A DNA stretch of 52,889 bases from Gemmatimonadota bacterium (GTDB lineage: Bacteria > Gemmatimonadota > Gemmatimonadetes > Gemmatimonadales > GWC2-71-9), in contig JBDHAB010000013.1 of assembly GCA_039588295.1 (NCBI GenBank), positions 1 to 52,889 on the forward strand, given 5' to 3'. The position numbers and the translations under genes were made by a program. The notes beneath the pieces are model-generated. The model had not been told where the DNA came from, ran no database searches, and was given only the letters and a program-made list of their open reading frames with translations. Of this stretch, positions 16,917-27,415 are shown piece after piece. Position 1 is the first letter of the stretch, and every line of letters begins with the position of its first letter.

Positions 16917-17614
16917 CCAGCCACGTGATTGCCATTGACGGTCCCGCAGGATCGGGGAAATCCACCACCGCGCACGCGGTGGCGGAGCGCTTGCGACTGC
17001 CGCACGTCGAGAGCGGGTGTCTGTATCGAGCCGTGACCCTCGCGGCGCTCGATGCTGGTGTCGAGGTGGCCGGTCAGCGGCTCGTGGCGCTGGCACGGTC
17101 GCTTCCCATCCGACTGGACCTCACGGGGACCGGCTTTCGTCCCGAGATCGCCGGTGCCGACGTGTCGCGGGAGATTCGAGCGGAGCGCGTGACGGCCCGG
17201 GTCTCGGAGGTATCGGCGATCGCGGAAGTGCGGGAGTGGGCGAATGAGGAAGTGCGGGCGGCGGTGGCGCGGCATCCGCGCGGCGCGGTCCTCGACGGCC
17301 GCGACATCGGGACCGTCGTGTTTCCGGACGCGGTGCTCAAGATCTATCTGACGGCACGTGCCGAGGAGCGGGCTCGCCGGCGACTGGTGCAAGACGGCCG
17401 CGACTCAGGTGCCAAGTCGATCCATCGGGAAACCGCGGATCTCGAACGGCGGGACCATGCGGACTCGACCCGGGCGATCGCGCCACTCAAGCCGGCGCCG
17501 GATGCCGTGGTGATCGACACCTCCGAATTGACGTTCGCCGAGCAGGTGGAAGCCATCGTCGCGCTCGCCCGGAAGACCTTTTCCTCGCTTGACATAGGTT
17601 ACCTCGATGCCTAG
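16913..17614 (+). CDS. cmk: Cytidylate kinase
   Basis: IAIDGPAGSGKST and DGRDIGTVVFPDA motifs; ATGA overlap with aroA. Confidence 0.95.
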   Translation: MTSHVIAIDGPAGSGKSTTAHAVAERLRLPHVESGCLYRAVTLAALDAGVEVAGQRLVALARSLPIRLDLTGTGFRPEIAGADVSREIRAERVTARVSEVSAIAEVREWANEEVRAAVARHPRGAVLDGRDIGTVVFPDAVLKIYLTARAEERARRRLVQDGRDSGAKSIHRETADLERRDHADSTRAIAPLKPAPDAVVIDTSELTFAEQVEAIVALARKTFSSLDIGYLDA

Positions 17615-17617
17615 CCT
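17589..17617 (+). promoter_or_regulatory. sigma70 promoter of rpsA
   Basis: TTGACA-N17-TAGCCT overlapping the cmk 3' end. Confidence 0.65.
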
Positions 17618-17707
17618 TCATGGCTCGCTGCTCCCCCTGTTGGGAGTCCCGTTCACCGGCGTGAACGGGCCGATTTGTGCACTTCAACCAGGTGGCTTGC
17701 GTTGGTC

Positions 17708-19636
17708 ATGTCCGAGTCCGCGCCAGAATCGAACAAACCCTCCGACCCGACGGTGACGACGGCCCCGTCGAGCTCCACTGCGTTCCCCGTTCGACACGAT
17801 CTCTACGACGAAGGCTACTCCGAGCAGGAGTACCAGGAGATGCTCCAGCTGTATGAGGGCACGCTGCAGAGCATTCAAGAGGGAGAGATCGTTCAATCCA
17901 AGGTGCTGCGCGTTACCGAGAGTCATGTGATTCTCGACGTCGGGTTCAAATCCGAAGGCGCTGTTGGCATCGACGAGTTCAAGGACCCGCAATCCATCAC
18001 GCCCGGCGACGAGGTCGAAGTCCTGCTGGAGCGTCTGGAAGACGAAGAGGGGTCCATCGTTCTCTCGAAGAAGAAGGCGGACTTCATGCGGGTCTGGGAG
18101 AAGATCCGCCATGCGCACGAAGCGGACGAGCCCGTCGAGGGAACGCTCCAAAAGAAGATCAAAGGCGGCGTCGTGGTCGATCTCATGGGAGTCGACGCGT
18201 TCCTTCCTGGGAGTCAGATCGCGCTCCGCCGTGTGCCCAATATCGACGAGCTGTTGGGACAGACCTACAAGTTCAAGATCATCAAGCTGAACAAGCGTCG
18301 CCGTAACATCGTGGTGTCGCGGCGGGTCATTCTGGAGGCCGAGCGCTCTCACAAGCGGGAGCACCTGATGAAGGAGCTCCAGGTGGAGCAGGTCCGGAAG
18401 GGCATCGTCAAGAACGTCACCGATTTCGGCGCGTTCATCGATCTCGGTGGTGTCGACGGACTGCTGCACATCACCGATATGAGCTGGGGCCGCGTGTCGC
18501 ACCCGTCGGAGATGGTCGAGCTCGGGCAAGAGCTCGAAGTCAAGGTGCTCGACATCGATTGGGATCGAGAGCGCATCTCGCTCGGACTGAAGCAGCTCAA
18601 TCCTTATCCGTGGGAGCGTGTGACGGAGCGGTATCCGATCGGCGCGCGAGTCCAGGGCAAGGTGGTGAGCATCACCAACTACGGTGCGTTCGTAGAGTTG
18701 GAGCCGGGTATCGAGGGGCTCGTGCACATCAGCGAGATGAGCTGGACGCGCAGTGTGCGGCACCCGTCCAAGGTCGTCTCGATCGGTGAGACCATCGAGG
18801 CGGTCGTGCTCAAAGTCGATCCGGCAGAGGAGAAGATCTCGCTCGGAATGAAGCAGACCGAGCAGGATCCGTGGATGATGCTCCCGATGAAGTACCCGGT
18901 GGGGACGCGGATCAGCGGCAAGGTGCGCAACCTCACTTCGTTCGGAGCGTTCGTCGAGATCGAGCCGGGCATCGACGGGCTGATCCATATCTCCGATATG
19001 TCGTGGACCAAGCGGGTCCAGCATCCGTCGGAGGTCGTCAAGAAGAGCGATTCGGTCGAGGTCGTGATCCTCAACATCGATCCGGAAAACAAGCGGATCT
19101 CGTTGGGTATCAAGCAGCTCCAGGAAGATCCCTGGCTCAGCATCGCCGAGACGCATCCCGTGGGGATGGAGATCGAGGGCTCGATCGCTCGGTACCAGGA
19201 CAATGGAATCGTCGTGGATCTTGGCGGTGATCTCGAGGGATTCGTGCCGCAGTCGCAGTTGCCGCTTCCCGACGGGAAGAGCGCCGAAAAGGTCACCAAG
19301 GTCCGTCAGGGCGTGGCGCTGAAGGTGCTCGAGGTCGATCCGATCCACCATCGCATCATTCTGGCGGCCACGGAACTGCTGGCGATGCCGGTCGAGGAGG
19401 CGGCGGAGGTGGAGGTTTCCGCTACGGAGGAGGAAGCTGCCGCGGCGGAATCCGAGGTTCAGGTTGCGGGCGGGCAGGTCGAAGGCGAGGCTCCCGCCGC
19501 AGAGGCGGGGCAGCCAGAGGCGTCGGCGGCGGAGCAGCCACCGGCGGATGAGGCGCGAACCGAGGCGTCTCCGGAGGAGGCGGAGGCGGCCGCTCCCGAG
19601 GCCGAGCCGGACAAGACCGACCAGCCCGCCGAGTAG
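17708..19636 (+). CDS. rpsA: 30S ribosomal protein S1
   Basis: Six S1 repeats (FGAFIDLGGVDGLLHITDMSW etc.); Ala/Glu-rich C-terminal tail. Confidence 0.97.
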   Translation: MSESAPESNKPSDPTVTTAPSSSTAFPVRHDLYDEGYSEQEYQEMLQLYEGTLQSIQEGEIVQSKVLRVTESHVILDVGFKSEGAVGIDEFKDPQSITPGDEVEVLLERLEDEEGSIVLSKKKADFMRVWEKIRHAHEADEPVEGTLQKKIKGGVVVDLMGVDAFLPGSQIALRRVPNIDELLGQTYKFKIIKLNKRRRNIVVSRRVILEAERSHKREHLMKELQVEQVRKGIVKNVTDFGAFIDLGGVDGLLHITDMSWGRVSHPSEMVELGQELEVKVLDIDWDRERISLGLKQLNPYPWERVTERYPIGARVQGKVVSITNYGAFVELEPGIEGLVHISEMSWTRSVRHPSKVVSIGETIEAVVLKVDPAEEKISLGMKQTEQDPWMMLPMKYPVGTRISGKVRNLTSFGAFVEIEPGIDGLIHISDMSWTKRVQHPSEVVKKSDSVEVVILNIDPENKRISLGIKQLQEDPWLSIAETHPVGMEIEGSIARYQDNGIVVDLGGDLEGFVPQSQLPLPDGKSAEKVTKVRQGVALKVLEVDPIHHRIILAATELLAMPVEEAAEVEVSATEEEAAAAESEVQVAGGQVEGEAPAAEAGQPEASAAEQPPADEARTEASPEEAEAAAPEAEPDKTDQPAE

Positions 19637-19699
19637 ACGGCGGAGAGCGAGGGGGCAGCCGGTCGCCCTGCGACGCGGCACTCCCGATCTCATCGAGAC

Positions 19700-21250
19700 A
19701 TGACGATGCAGGAGAAGCTCGATCAGCTCCACCGCCTCCGCGCGGAATCCGAGCAAGGCGGCGGGGCGGAGCGTGTCGACCAGCAGCACGGCAAGGGAAA
19801 GCTCACGGCGCGGGAGCGCCTGGATCTCCTAGTGGACCCCGGCTCCTTCGTGGAGCTGGATCGTTTCGTCACCCACCGATCCACTGATTTCGGGCTCGCC
19901 GAGAAGAAGATCCTCGGTGACGGCGTCGTGACGGGATACGGCCGCATTGACGGGCGCCTCGTGTATGTCTTCTCACAGGACTTCACGGTGTTCGGTGGCT
20001 CGCTGGCCGAGGCCCACGCCGAGAAGATCTGCAAGATCATGGACCACGCGGTGCGCAACGGCGCGCCGGTCATCGGGCTGAACGACTCCGGCGGTGCCCG
20101 CATCCAGGAGGGAGTCGTCTCGCTCGGCGGGTACGCCGACATCTTCCTGCGCAATACGCTCGCATCAGGGGTCGTCCCGCAGATCAGCGCGATTCTGGGA
20201 CCGTGTGCGGGTGGGGCAGTCTACTCGCCCGCGATCACGGATTTCGTGTTCATGGTGCGCGGGATCTCGTACATGTTCGTGACCGGGCCGAACGTGGTGA
20301 AGACGGTCACGCATGAGGATGTGACGGCTGAGGAGTTGGGTGGTGCCGACGTCCACGCGTCCGTCTCCGGGGTGGCACACTTTGCGCATGATTCCGAGAT
20401 GGAGGCCATTGCCGAGATACGTAGGCTCATGAGCTTCGTGCCCGGCAACAATCTCGACAGCCCTCCGCTCCGGGAGTGCGCCGATCCGGTCGACCGACGG
20501 GACGAGGAGCTCCTGACCTTGGTCCCCGACAACCCGAACAAGCCGTACGACATGCACGAGGCCATTCGCCGAGTGGTCGATGATGGCGAGCTCCTCGAAG
20601 TGCATCGCGACTTTGCGACCAACATCATTGTCGGGTTCGCGCGGCTCGGCGGCCACCCGGTGGGCGTCATCGCGAATCAGCCGGCGGTGCTCGCGGGGGT
20701 GCTGGACATCAAGGCCTCGGGCAAGGGCGCTCGGTTCATCCGGTTCTGCGACGCATTCAATATCCCACTCATCACGTTCGAGGACGTGCCGGGGTTTCTT
20801 CCGGGCGTAGATCAAGAGCACGGTGGAATCATCAAGCAGGGCGCCAAGCTGCTGTACGCTTACGCCGAGGCCACCGTCCCCAAGATCACCGTCATCACGC
20901 GCAAGGCGTACGGCGGGGCGTACGACGTGATGAACTCGAAGCACATCCGCGGCGACTTCAACGTCGCATGGCCCACGGCGGAGATCGCGGTGATGGGTCC
21001 CAAGGGCGCGGCCGAGATCCTGTTTCGCCGTGATATCGCGGCCGCGGAGGATCCGGACGCGCGCCTGGACGAGCACGTGACGGACTATCGGGAAAAGTTC
21101 GCGAACCCCTACCTGGCGGCCGCGCGTGGATTCCTGGACGATGTGATCGATCCCCGCGAGACCCGACCGCGCCTGATCGCCACGCTGCAGTCGCTTCTGG
21201 CGAAGCGGGACACGAATCCCCCCAAGAAGCATGGGAACATCCCCCTATAG
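19700..21250 (+). CDS. pccB: Acyl-CoA (propionyl-CoA-type) carboxylase beta subunit
   Basis: [27 protein letters not shown] and KKHGNIPL motifs. Confidence 0.93.
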   Translation: MTMQEKLDQLHRLRAESEQGGGAERVDQQHGKGKLTARERLDLLVDPGSFVELDRFVTHRSTDFGLAEKKILGDGVVTGYGRIDGRLVYVFSQDFTVFGGSLAEAHAEKICKIMDHAVRNGAPVIGLNDSGGARIQEGVVSLGGYADIFLRNTLASGVVPQISAILGPCAGGAVYSPAITDFVFMVRGISYMFVTGPNVVKTVTHEDVTAEELGGADVHASVSGVAHFAHDSEMEAIAEIRRLMSFVPGNNLDSPPLRECADPVDRRDEELLTLVPDNPNKPYDMHEAIRRVVDDGELLEVHRDFATNIIVGFARLGGHPVGVIANQPAVLAGVLDIKASGKGARFIRFCDAFNIPLITFEDVPGFLPGVDQEHGGIIKQGAKLLYAYAEATVPKITVITRKAYGGAYDVMNSKHIRGDFNVAWPTAEIAVMGPKGAAEILFRRDIAAAEDPDARLDEHVTDYREKFANPYLAAARGFLDDVIDPRETRPRLIATLQSLLAKRDTNPPKKHGNIPL

Positions 21251-21268
21251 GGCGATCGAGGACGGGCG

Positions 21269-22774
21269 GTGAAGCGCGTCCTCGTTGCGAACCGCGGTGA
21301 AATCGCGCTCCGCATCATTCGCGCCTGCCATGAAGAGGGGTTGGAGGCCGTCGCCGTCTACTCGGAGGCCGACCGGCTGAACCCGCACGTGAAGGCCGCG
21401 GATGCGGCGGTCGAGATCGGTCCGCCCCCGGCCCGGGAATCCTACCTCAACGTCGAACGCCTGCTCGACGCCGCGAAGCGCACCGGGGCCGATGCCGTGC
21501 ATCCAGGGTACGGGTTTCTCGCCGAGCGGGCTCCCTTTGCCGAGGCCGTCGAGCAGGCGGGGCTCACGTTCATTGGGCCGCCGGCGTCGGCGATTCGGAT
21601 GATGGGGGAGAAGACGGAAGCGCGGCGCCGGATGGCGGAGGCGGGCGTGCCGATCGTGCCGGGCACCACCGAACGGCTGGCCGATGCGGACGCGGCGGTG
21701 CAGGCCGCTGCGGAGGTCGGGTACCCGGTGCTCCTCAAGGCGGCGGCCGGGGGCGGTGGGAAGGGCATGCGCATTGCGCAAAACGACAACGAGGTTCGCA
21801 AGGGCTTCGCGCAAGCGTCCTCAGAAGCCACCGCAGCATTTGGCGATGGGTCGGTCTACCTGGAGCGATTCGTGGATCGCCCACGGCATGTGGAGATCCA
21901 GATCCTGGGTGACGCAGACGGCAACGTCATCCATCTCGGCGAGCGCGAGTGCTCGATCCAGCGTCGTCACCAGAAACTGGTCGAGGAATCCCCGTCCCCG
22001 GCGGTGAATGGCGCACTGCGCGCACGGATGGGCGCGGCCGCCGTGCGTGCCGCCCAATCGGTCGGCTACGTCAGCGCGGGGACTGTCGAGTTTCTGCTCG
22101 AGCCCACGGGCACCTTTTACTTCCTGGAGATGAACACGCGTCTCCAGGTGGAGCATCCGATCACCGAGTTGGTGTACGGGGTGGACATCGTGCGGCAGCA
22201 GTTGCGCATCGCGGCCGGCGAGTGCTTGAGCGTCTCGGACGATCCGTTGCAGCCTCGAGGGCACGCCATCGAGTGCCGGATAACGGCCGAGGATCCCTAC
22301 TCCGGCTTCATGCCGGCGACGGGGCGCATCGAGTATTTCCACGCGCCGTCCGGCCCCGGTGTGCGCTGGGACGGCGGGATCGAGACCGGCACCGAGGTCG
22401 GCTTGTACTATGACTCGCTGCTGGGAAAGCTGATCACCTGGGATGAATCGCGGGGGCGTGCCATCCGACGAATGCGGCGGGCGCTGGGGGAGCTGTCCAT
22501 CGTGGGGCTCCCTACGTCGCAGCCGTTCCATTGCCGTGTCATGGAGGAGCCGAGCTTCGTGGCCGGTGACTACGACATCGGGTACCTGGAGCGTGAGGGA
22601 GAATCGCTGGGACGCCCGGAGCTTACTTCGATTGACCTGGAGCAGATCGCGATCGCCGCCGCGCTAGCGGAGGACGAGATCCGTGCCGCCACCGTTACCC
22701 TGCCCAACGGCACGCCGACCGGCACGCCGGAGAGTGCGTGGCTCCGCGCCGGCCGTCTGGCTGGTCTCCGGTGA
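21269..22774 (+). CDS. accC: Biotin carboxylase subunit
   Basis: ANRGEIA, HPGYGFLAE, GGGGKGMR and EMNTRLQVEH motifs. Confidence 0.95.
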   Translation: MKRVLVANRGEIALRIIRACHEEGLEAVAVYSEADRLNPHVKAADAAVEIGPPPARESYLNVERLLDAAKRTGADAVHPGYGFLAERAPFAEAVEQAGLTFIGPPASAIRMMGEKTEARRRMAEAGVPIVPGTTERLADADAAVQAAAEVGYPVLLKAAAGGGGKGMRIAQNDNEVRKGFAQASSEATAAFGDGSVYLERFVDRPRHVEIQILGDADGNVIHLGERECSIQRRHQKLVEESPSPAVNGALRARMGAAAVRAAQSVGYVSAGTVEFLLEPTGTFYFLEMNTRLQVEHPITELVYGVDIVRQQLRIAAGECLSVSDDPLQPRGHAIECRITAEDPYSGFMPATGRIEYFHAPSGPGVRWDGGIETGTEVGLYYDSLLGKLITWDESRGRAIRRMRRALGELSIVGLPTSQPFHCRVMEEPSFVAGDYDIGYLEREGESLGRPELTSIDLEQIAIAAALAEDEIRAATVTLPNGTPTGTPESAWLRAGRLAGLR

Positions 22775-22802
22775 GTCGGATGACGGCCCCACTGGAGGCG
22801 CC

Positions 22803-23309
22803 GTGAAGTACACGGTGACCGTCGGTGACCGGGAGCTGCTGGTCGAGGTGGTCGGGGACGACGTGCGGGTCGACGGCCGGGTCATCGAGGCGCGACTGGT
22901 GAGCATACCGCGGACACCGCTCCGACAACTCCTCATGGACGGTCGGGCGAGGACCTTCGCCATGCTGCGTCGGGGTGACGGCTGGACCGTGCAACTGGGT
23001 GGGGACGCGTGGCGGGTATCGGTGGTCGACGAGCGCACCCGGCAACTCCGCGAACTCACGGGGCAGCACGGGAAGTCGCACGTCGGCGGGCTGATCAGAG
23101 CTCCCATGCCGGGTCTGGTGCTCCGCCTGGAGGTGGAGCAGGGACAGCACGTTGAGGCTGGGACCGGCATCGTGGTGCTCGAGGCCATGAAGATGGAGAA
23201 CGAGATCAAGTCGCCCGGACCGGGGGTCGTCCGCGCCGTGCATGTGGCGCCGGGCCAGGCCGTGGAGAAAGGGGCCCTCCTGGTCGAAGTCGGAGAGCCG
23301 GAGGGTTGA
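22803..23309 (+). CDS. Biotin carboxyl carrier protein
   Basis: APMPG..LEAMKMENEI motif; GTG 22803 after GGAGG. Confidence 0.92.
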   Translation: MKYTVTVGDRELLVEVVGDDVRVDGRVIEARLVSIPRTPLRQLLMDGRARTFAMLRRGDGWTVQLGGDAWRVSVVDERTRQLRELTGQHGKSHVGGLIRAPMPGLVLRLEVEQGQHVEAGTGIVVLEAMKMENEIKSPGPGVVRAVHVAPGQAVEKGALLVEVGEPEG

Positions 23310-23334
23310 CCCGGGCAACCTGGCCCGCTAGCCT
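23306..23334 (+). promoter_or_regulatory. sigma70 promoter of the rplM operon
   Basis: TTGACC-N17-TAGCCT, same -10 as the rpsA promoter. Confidence 0.6.
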
Positions 23335-23390
23335 TCGTGTCTGTCTAAATTCGTGAAATCACAGGCGGTTACGGACCGCGCGGACATCGC

Positions 23391-23825
23391 ATGAAGACGT
23401 ATCAGCCGAAGGCGAAGGAGCTCGAGCACAAGTGGTATCTGGTTGACGCCCAAGGAGTCGTACTTGGACGGCTCGCCAGTACCGTGGCGCAGCTCATTCG
23501 TGGCAAGCACAAACCGACGTTCGCCCCGCACCTCGATGGCGGAGACTACATCGTCGTGGTGAATGCCGAGAAGGTGCGGCTCACCGGTAACAAGCCGACG
23601 CAGAAGCGGTACTTCCGGCACACCGGCTACATGGGACACGAGAAGTTCACGACCGTCGCCACGATGTTGGACACGCATCCCGAGCGGGTCATCAAGAAAG
23701 CGGTCTTCGGCATGCTGCCCAAGGGGACCCTGGGGCGGCAGGTGTTACGCAAGAAGCTCAAGGTGTACGCCGGTCCGGATCATCCGCATCAAGGTCAAAA
23801 CCCGACACCGATCGACGTGAGGTAA
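23391..23825 (+). CDS. rplM: 50S ribosomal protein L13
   Basis: WYLVDA..LGRLAS..RGKHKP..GMLPK motifs. Confidence 0.97.
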   Translation: MKTYQPKAKELEHKWYLVDAQGVVLGRLASTVAQLIRGKHKPTFAPHLDGGDYIVVVNAEKVRLTGNKPTQKRYFRHTGYMGHEKFTTVATMLDTHPERVIKKAVFGMLPKGTLGRQVLRKKLKVYAGPDHPHQGQNPTPIDVR

Positions 23826-23835
23826 TACGGTAGCT

Positions 23836-24249
23836 ATGACGAGTGCAGTGGAAACGGAACCGGTCCTTCGGTGGCACGCAGTGGGTCGCCGCAAGACCTC
23901 GGTCGGTCGCGTCTACCTCACTCCGGGCTCGGGGAAATGGACGGTCAACGGGCGCACCTTGGGTGACTTCTTTCCCCGTCGCTCGTTGATCCAACACATC
24001 CAGCAGCCGTTCGTGGTGACGGACACGCTGGGCGCGTTCGACGTGAAGGCACGCCTGTCCGGCGGCGGGATGACGGGTCAGGCGGGTGCGCTGCGGCTCG
24101 CCGTTGCGCGCGCGCTCGTGGGAGCGGACGAGACCCATAGGCGGAAGCTGCGCGAGCACGGACTGCTCACGCGCGATTCCCGGGCGGTGGAGCGCAAGAA
24201 GCCCGGACAGCCGGGTGCTCGCAAGCGGTTCCAGTTCTCGAAACGGTAG
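23836..24249 (+). CDS. rpsI: 30S ribosomal protein S9
   Basis: GRRKTS and GGGMTGQAGA motifs; ends QFSKR. Confidence 0.97.
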   Translation: MTSAVETEPVLRWHAVGRRKTSVGRVYLTPGSGKWTVNGRTLGDFFPRRSLIQHIQQPFVVTDTLGAFDVKARLSGGGMTGQAGALRLAVARALVGADETHRRKLREHGLLTRDSRAVERKKPGQPGARKRFQFSKR

Positions 24250-24307
24250 GAACAAGAGTCTTTGGCGTCGGGTGTCAGGCACGCTTGACACCCGACCGTG
24301 CGATCAA

Positions 24308-24390
24308 CCCACATCGCCCGATCCGAAGCCGGGTGTCCGTCGCGGCGGATTGTCTTCGGAGGTGACGGCGATGGACGACCAACCCTAGGG
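24308..24390 (+). ncRNA. rpsB leader (S2-binding, t44-like) RNA candidate
   Basis: Nested stems CATCGCC/GGCGATG and TCCGAAG/CTTCGGA; GGGT complementary to downstream ACCC. Confidence 0.6.
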
Positions 24391-24397
24391 ACGCTAC

Positions 24398-25363
24398 ATG
24401 ACGCAACCGCAGTTGCAGGATCTCCTCGAAGCCGGGGTCCATTTCGGCCATCAGACGCGGCGCTGGAACCCGAAGATGCGCCGCTTCATTTTCGCCGAGC
24501 GATCCGGCATCTACCTGATCGATCTTCAGAAGACGCTCAATCAGCTCAAGGCGGCCCAGGATCTGATGCGTGGGGTCGTCATAGCTGGGGACAACGTCCT
24601 GTTCGTGTGCACGAAGCGGCAGCTGAATCAGACCGTTCGGGCCGAGGCCGACCGGTGCGGGGCCCATTATGTCACCGAGCGCTGGCTGGGCGGCACGTTG
24701 ACCAACTTCCAGACGATCAAGCACCAGATACGGCGCCTGAAGGAGCTCGAGCAGGGACAGGACGAGGGAGCGTTTGAGTTCTTCACCAAGAAGGAGCAGC
24801 TGCGGTTCGACCGCGAGCGGCAGAAGCTGAGTCGCAACTTCGAAGGCATCAAGAGCATGTCGCGGCTGCCAGGCGTCGTGTTCGTGGTGGACGCCAAGAA
24901 GGAGCGGATTGCGATCGCCGAGGCGAACAAGCTCAAGATTCCGGTCGTGGCCATCGTCGACACGAACGCGGATCCCGATCTCATCAGGGTCCCAATTCCG
25001 GGGAACGACGATGCGATCCGTTCGGTGTCGTTGATTACCCAGGCACTGGTGGATGTGATCGCGGAAGCGCGGACGCAGGTCCCGGTCCGGGAGGTGGCCA
25101 GCGATGCCGAGGCGTACTCCTCCTACCTGCCCGAAGCGACTGAGGCGGACGAGGAGGACTCGCGACGGCGGCGCCAGCGCCGCAAGCGTCGGCCGAAGCC
25201 CGAGGCGATCGCGGCGCGGTTGAAAGCCGACGCGCCCGAGGGCGCGGCACCGGCGGAGGCGGCCCCGGAACCGAAGCAAGAGGAGCAGGGTCCGGCCGAG
25301 GGCAGCGAGGGCAAGAAGTCGAAAGCGAAGGCGACCGCGGCTGCGGAACCGAAGCAGGACTGA
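24398..25363 (+). CDS. rpsB: 30S ribosomal protein S2
   Basis: LLEAGVHFGHQTRRWNPKM and PGNDDAIRS motifs; long C-terminal extension. Confidence 0.97.
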   Translation: MTQPQLQDLLEAGVHFGHQTRRWNPKMRRFIFAERSGIYLIDLQKTLNQLKAAQDLMRGVVIAGDNVLFVCTKRQLNQTVRAEADRCGAHYVTERWLGGTLTNFQTIKHQIRRLKELEQGQDEGAFEFFTKKEQLRFDRERQKLSRNFEGIKSMSRLPGVVFVVDAKKERIAIAEANKLKIPVVAIVDTNADPDLIRVPIPGNDDAIRSVSLITQALVDVIAEARTQVPVREVASDAEAYSSYLPEATEADEEDSRRRRQRRKRRPKPEAIAARLKADAPEGAAPAEAAPEPKQEEQGPAEGSEGKKSKAKATAAAEPKQD

Positions 25364-25499
25364 GCCGGGCCGGAGTCGGATCCCGGGCACCGCCGCCAAT
25401 CGGGCCGCTCATCAGGCACGAGGCGGCGGTTTCCGCACCGGGAAGTGTGTAACAGCCCACAACGAGTCCCAGGAACGGGAGCAAGGATAGGACCGCAGG

Positions 25500-26099
25500 A
25501 TGGCAACGTCGATTTCAGCAAAGGAAGTCAGCGACCTCCGAGCCCGAACGGGCGCGGGCATGATGGACTGCAAGAAGGCGCTCCAGGAAACCGCGGGTGA
25601 TCTGGACAAGGCGGTGGATCTGCTCCGCAAGAAGGGCGCTGCGCGGGCCGAGCAGCGCTCCGGCCGGACCGCGGCGGAGGGGGTCATCGGGAGCTACGTC
25701 CACTTCAATGGCAAAGTGGCCGTGCTGGTCGAGGTGAACTGTGAGACGGACTTCGTGGCCCGGACGGACGACTTCCAGTCGCTCGCGCGCGACCTCGCCA
25801 TGCATGTCGCCTCTGCCAAGCCCATGGCCGTGACCGCCGAAGAGATGCCCGCGGACGTCCTCGAGCGAGAGCGGGCGATCTATGAAGCGCAGGTTGCGGA
25901 GTCCGGGAAGCCGGAGCAGGTTCGGGGCAAGATCGTTGACGGGAAGCTGAAGAAGTTCTTGGGGGAGCATGTCCTCATGGACCAGGTGTTCGTGAAGGAC
26001 GACAAGAAGACCGTGTCGGCGCTGGTGAAAGAGGTCTCGGGGAAGCTTGGCGAAAACGTCGTCGTGCGTCGGTTCGTCCGCTACGAGTTGGGGGCGTAG
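25500..26099 (+). CDS. tsf: Elongation factor Ts (short form)
   Basis: [16 protein letters not shown] and [10 protein letters not shown] motifs. Confidence 0.97.
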   Translation: MATSISAKEVSDLRARTGAGMMDCKKALQETAGDLDKAVDLLRKKGAARAEQRSGRTAAEGVIGSYVHFNGKVAVLVEVNCETDFVARTDDFQSLARDLAMHVASAKPMAVTAEEMPADVLERERAIYEAQVAESGKPEQVRGKIVDGKLKKFLGEHVLMDQVFVKDDKKTVSALVKEVSGKLGENVVVRRFVRYELGA

Positions 26100-26101
26100 C
26101 C

Positions 26102-26815
26102 GTGGCTGAGCTCGCCTATCGGCGGGCGCTGCTCAAGCTCTCCGGCGAAGCACTCGCCGGTGGGCAAGAGTTCGGCATCGATTTTGGGGTCTTGGACCAG
26201 TTGACCGACGAGATCAAGCAGGTGTCGCAACAGGGCGTCGGGCTCGGCCTAGTCATTGGCGGCGGGAACATTATCCGGGGTGCGGTGGCGAGTCGCCAGG
26301 GGATGGATCGCGTCTCGGCGGATTACATGGGGATGTTGGCCACGGTCATCAACGCACTCGCCGTCCAGGACATTCTCGAGCGCAAGGACGTGCAAACGCG
26401 CGTGATGACGGCGATCAGGATGGAAGAGTTGGCGGAACCGTATATCCGGCGCCGCGCGCAACGACACCTCGAGAAGGGGAGGGTCGTGTTGTTCGCGGCC
26501 GGCACGGGGAATCCGTATTTCTCGACCGACACGGCTGCGGTATTGCGGGCACTCGAGATCGAGGCCGAAGTGTTGATCAAGGCGACCAGCGTCGATGGCG
26601 TCTACACGGCCGATCCCAAACACGACACCGGCGCCGAGTTCATTCCGGAGCTCACGTATCGTGACGCGTTGGTCAAGGGACTCCGTGTGATGGACGCCAA
26701 CGCGTTTGGACTGTGTCAGGAAAACGAACTCCCGATCGTGGTCATGAACGTCAACAATCGCGGCGCGATCGCCCGAGTTCTCAAGGGTGAGCGCGTGGGG
26801 ACTATCGTTCAATGA
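26102..26815 (+). CDS. pyrH: UMP kinase
   Basis: [16 protein letters not shown] and [10 protein letters not shown] motifs. Confidence 0.97.
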   Translation: MAELAYRRALLKLSGEALAGGQEFGIDFGVLDQLTDEIKQVSQQGVGLGLVIGGGNIIRGAVASRQGMDRVSADYMGMLATVINALAVQDILERKDVQTRVMTAIRMEELAEPYIRRRAQRHLEKGRVVLFAAGTGNPYFSTDTAAVLRALEIEAEVLIKATSVDGVYTADPKHDTGAEFIPELTYRDALVKGLRVMDANAFGLCQENELPIVVMNVNNRGAIARVLKGERVGTIVQ

Positions 26816-27366
26816 GTACGTTGCCAGAGATCAAGAAGCACCTGAAGCAGCTGATGGAGAGAGCGGTGGAGAACACGAAGCGCGAATTGGCGACGATTCG
26901 CAGCAGCCGCGCCACGACGAGTCTGCTCGACACCGTGCGGGTGGAGGCGTACGATCAGCAGCTTCCGCTGAACCAGGTAGCCACGGTCGCCGCACCCGAG
27001 CCACGACTGCTGACGGTGCAGCCGTGGGACCAGTCTGTGATTGCCGCGGTCGAGAAGGCGATTCTCACGGCCGATCTGGGACTCAATCCATCGAACGACG
27101 GAACGATCATTCGCATTCCCCTCCCCCCCCTCACCGAGGAGCGGCGCAAGGAGTTGGTGAAGATCGTCCACAAGCTCGCCGAAGAGGGGAAGATTGCGAT
27201 TCGCCACGCCCGACATGAGGCGCTCAGCGGAATCAAGAAGGTGGAGCACGTGTCCGACGACGACAAGCATCGTGCCGAAGGAGACGCTCAGAGACTCCAC
27301 GACGAGTCGATCGTACAGATCGACGGCATCGTGAAGTCAAAAGAAGCGGAGATCATGGAGGTCTGA
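26812..27366 (+). CDS. frr: Ribosome recycling factor
   Basis: PLNQVATV and [13 protein letters not shown] motifs. Confidence 0.97.
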   Translation: MSTLPEIKKHLKQLMERAVENTKRELATIRSSRATTSLLDTVRVEAYDQQLPLNQVATVAAPEPRLLTVQPWDQSVIAAVEKAILTADLGLNPSNDGTIIRIPLPPLTEERRKELVKIVHKLAEEGKIAIRHARHEALSGIKKVEHVSDDDKHRAEGDAQRLHDESIVQIDGIVKSKEAEIMEV

Positions 27367-27415
27367 GGGCCGCAGATCGGCTGTCCGCCGCCCCGCATCT
27401 TCGCTCGATCACACG

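Noticed and set aside
17684..19789. 701-aa antisense ORF over rpsA, and similar long shadow ORFs (9258..10796, 15432..16787, 44133..45749, 49055..50137)
   Set aside because: They mirror well-supported genes, show no family motifs, and are expected from GC-rich codon bias.
25090..25363. Arg-rich and Ala/Glu/Pro-rich tail of S2, and acidic tail of S1
   Set aside because: Low-complexity C-terminal extensions are common in these proteins; no evidence of a separate domain.
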